Below are positions 62,434 through 64,000 of a stretch of 64,000 nucleotides of DNA, piece after piece. Position 1 is the stretch's first letter. The number at the start of each line of letters is the position of its first letter. This DNA is from Marsupella aquatica (lineage: Eukaryota; Plantae; Marchantiophyta). The stretch covers positions 14,910,330 through 14,974,329 of the forward strand of contig OZ316898.1 in assembly GCA_973895155.1 (NCBI GenBank), written 5' to 3'. The translations under genes were made by a program, and so were the position numbers. A model generated the notes under the pieces. The model was given only the letters and a program-made list of their open reading frames with translations, ran no database searches and had not been told where the DNA came from.

Positions 62434-63141
62434 GTGTCTAAGTGGAGCAGGTCGCATTAACTTCTAATTTTAGGACTAGAAAACTTCCTGTGCTCTATTT
62501 CAAAATATACTCCTCAGCTCAAGTCGACACCCGGAATTTGTATCGGATCTCTATGTGTCGTTTCGAGGCCGCGTCTTCATGATCTTATAAAATTCTGTTA
62601 TGATCATTTTGATGTGATGGTCTGGTCTATTCTCGACAATAAACTGGTTTATCAGATACTTTCAAAAGTGTTGTCGAGCACCGACCTGTCGCAGCTAATA
62701 TATGTGTTCACGCGGGATCATTGCTGGAATCTTGGTTATGTGAAGAAAAATTATAAGACTGTTGTCTTTAAATCTATCGAGAGACTACGTGATATGTTTC
62801 AAGATTATCAACCAGAGAATATAATCCAGATTGATGCCTGTCCTTCCCATACATGCCAGACAGTTGTATGCGGATTATTGTTCGCTAAGTCGTTTCAAGG
62901 ATCGTTGGATGATGTCTTTTTGAGGGATGACCTCATTCCATATTTACGAAAGCTATCAGATTCAAGGCTTTGTCTTGCGTTCGCTAACAAGTTCGATTAT
63001 CCCATCTGGTCGATTAGAAATCTACATCAAGATTGGGATCTGAACGAGGATATATGGGAGCATCTGTACGTGCAGAGACATGCGGATCCAGTTCTTATCA
63101 AGCACTTCAACAGACGTCACTTATCAATGGCCAGAGTGTAG
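62434..63141 (+). pseudogene. FCP1/NIF-like domain 2 (catalytic motif degenerate)
   Basis: LLILGLEN, RPRLHDLIKFC...FDVMVWS, ENIIQID, DDVFL...LIPYL. Confidence 0.7.
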
Positions 63142-63239
63142 AGGATGTTGTCTCTGTAATATGTGATGCGACCATTCACGTGACTACATCCATACGGGCT
63201 CATGCATCTTCTTGTGTTTCTCTACAGGAGATTCATTGC

Positions 63240-63924
63240 AGCAGAGAAAATGGGCTCATAGTTTTAGACGTGGAGCATCTACTCTGTTACACTGCACCGC
63301 ATTCCCGACTGATGGCGGTCTCAACTAGAATTTGGATTGGGAATATATACGTTTTTCCAAGGCCTCATCTTCACGAATTCTTGAGATTCTGTTTTGAGAA
63401 TTTTGATGTAGGGATCTGGTCCTCTCTTGGGAAGAACCTTTTAGATCAGATTTTAGCATCTATTTTTACTGCGATGGAAATGGCCTCATTTAAGTATATT
63501 TGGGATCAGTCTCATTGTTACTTATGCGATAGGGTGACATCAAATAAGCGGATATTTTTGAAGTGTTTTGAGAAGGTTGGAATTTATACGAAGGCGTATC
63601 TGCAGCAAAATATAATGCTTATCGAATCCGATGCATTTCATGTTTGTTTAGATCCTGTTGTTGGATCATTATTTCCGCCCAAATATTTTGGGTCGGTCGA
63701 CGACAGTTTCTTGATTAACTTGCTGATTCCGTATCTTAATTAGCAAGCTAGAAAAATCTTGTGAGCCGCTTGTCATTGCCAATGGAAGAGATTATCCTGA
63801 TTGGTCAGTTAAATCTATTTTTAGAGATTATGATTATAATCATACTCTATGGGAAGACCCTGTGATTCAGAGGCATGGAGATAGATCATATCTAGTAGAG
63901 CAATTTAACAGACGCCCAATATAG
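63240..63924 (+). pseudogene. FCP1/NIF-like domain 3 (catalytic motif degenerate)
   Basis: LIVLDVEHLL, PRPHLHEFLRFCFENFDVGIWSS, YIWDQSHC, NIMLIE; stop at 63741-63743. Confidence 0.75.
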
Positions 63925-64000
63925 GATGCTTCCGAAATAATAGTTGGCATGAGTTCAGATTAATTTGTATTGTCGTTCTAGAAACGATTTGTAAACTCCT

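Larger units (their letters stand above)
21371..64000. mobile_element. Element A: giant cargo DNA transposon with Sola-like transposase (minimum span; ends not seen; contains nested element B and a solo LTR)
   Basis: Delimited by the distribution of ACGCG-N6-CGCGT (21371-36410 and 58340-62390), by the transposase at 22-25.4 kb, and by a cargo gene that continues on both sides of element B. Confidence 0.65.

Noticed and set aside
33000-64000. Endogenous giant virus (F-box, Ulp1, NIF and ParB-like genes also occur in NCLDVs)
   Set aside because: No capsid, polymerase, packaging ATPase or other hallmark gene seen. Genes have spliceosomal introns and lie with DDE transposases and TIRs. An ultimate viral origin of the cargo is not excluded.

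Overview
Eukaryotic, intron-containing, transposon-dominated DNA, most likely from a non-seed land plant (inferred from the BAHD gene, TTTAGGG tracts, plant-type F-box motifs and C>T decay; the species cannot be determined). The only intact host-type gene is an intronless BAHD acyltransferase (14513-16417). Upstream lie a Tourist-like MITE and a complete 5.3-kb PIF/Harbinger element that also carries an RPA70-C-like OB-fold gene. From about 21.4 kb to the window end there are two nested giant cargo-carrying DNA transposons. Element A has a Sola-like DDD transposase, at least 22 kb of its own sequence, and a right end outside the window. Element B (37631-57725, 20.1 kb) has TIRs and a MULE/SWIM transposase, and is inserted into a gene of A. 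Despite unrelated transposases, both carry the same cargo: (1) a multi-exon gene with a ParB-like domain, a catalytically degenerate beta-class N6/N4 DNA-methyltransferase fold, a charged linker and a Ulp1 SUMO protease (A adds three FCP1/NIF-like domains); (2) several split-F-box genes; (3) an element-specific CG-rich palindrome amplified in tandem arrays and introns (A: ACGCG-N6-CGCGT; B: TSTCGG-N9-CCGASA). This suggests a transposon-encoded, sequence-specific ParB/parS-like chromatin or anti-silencing system. These copies are pseudogenised. All domain calls are by-eye motif recognition and need HMM or structure confirmation; array boundaries are approximate.
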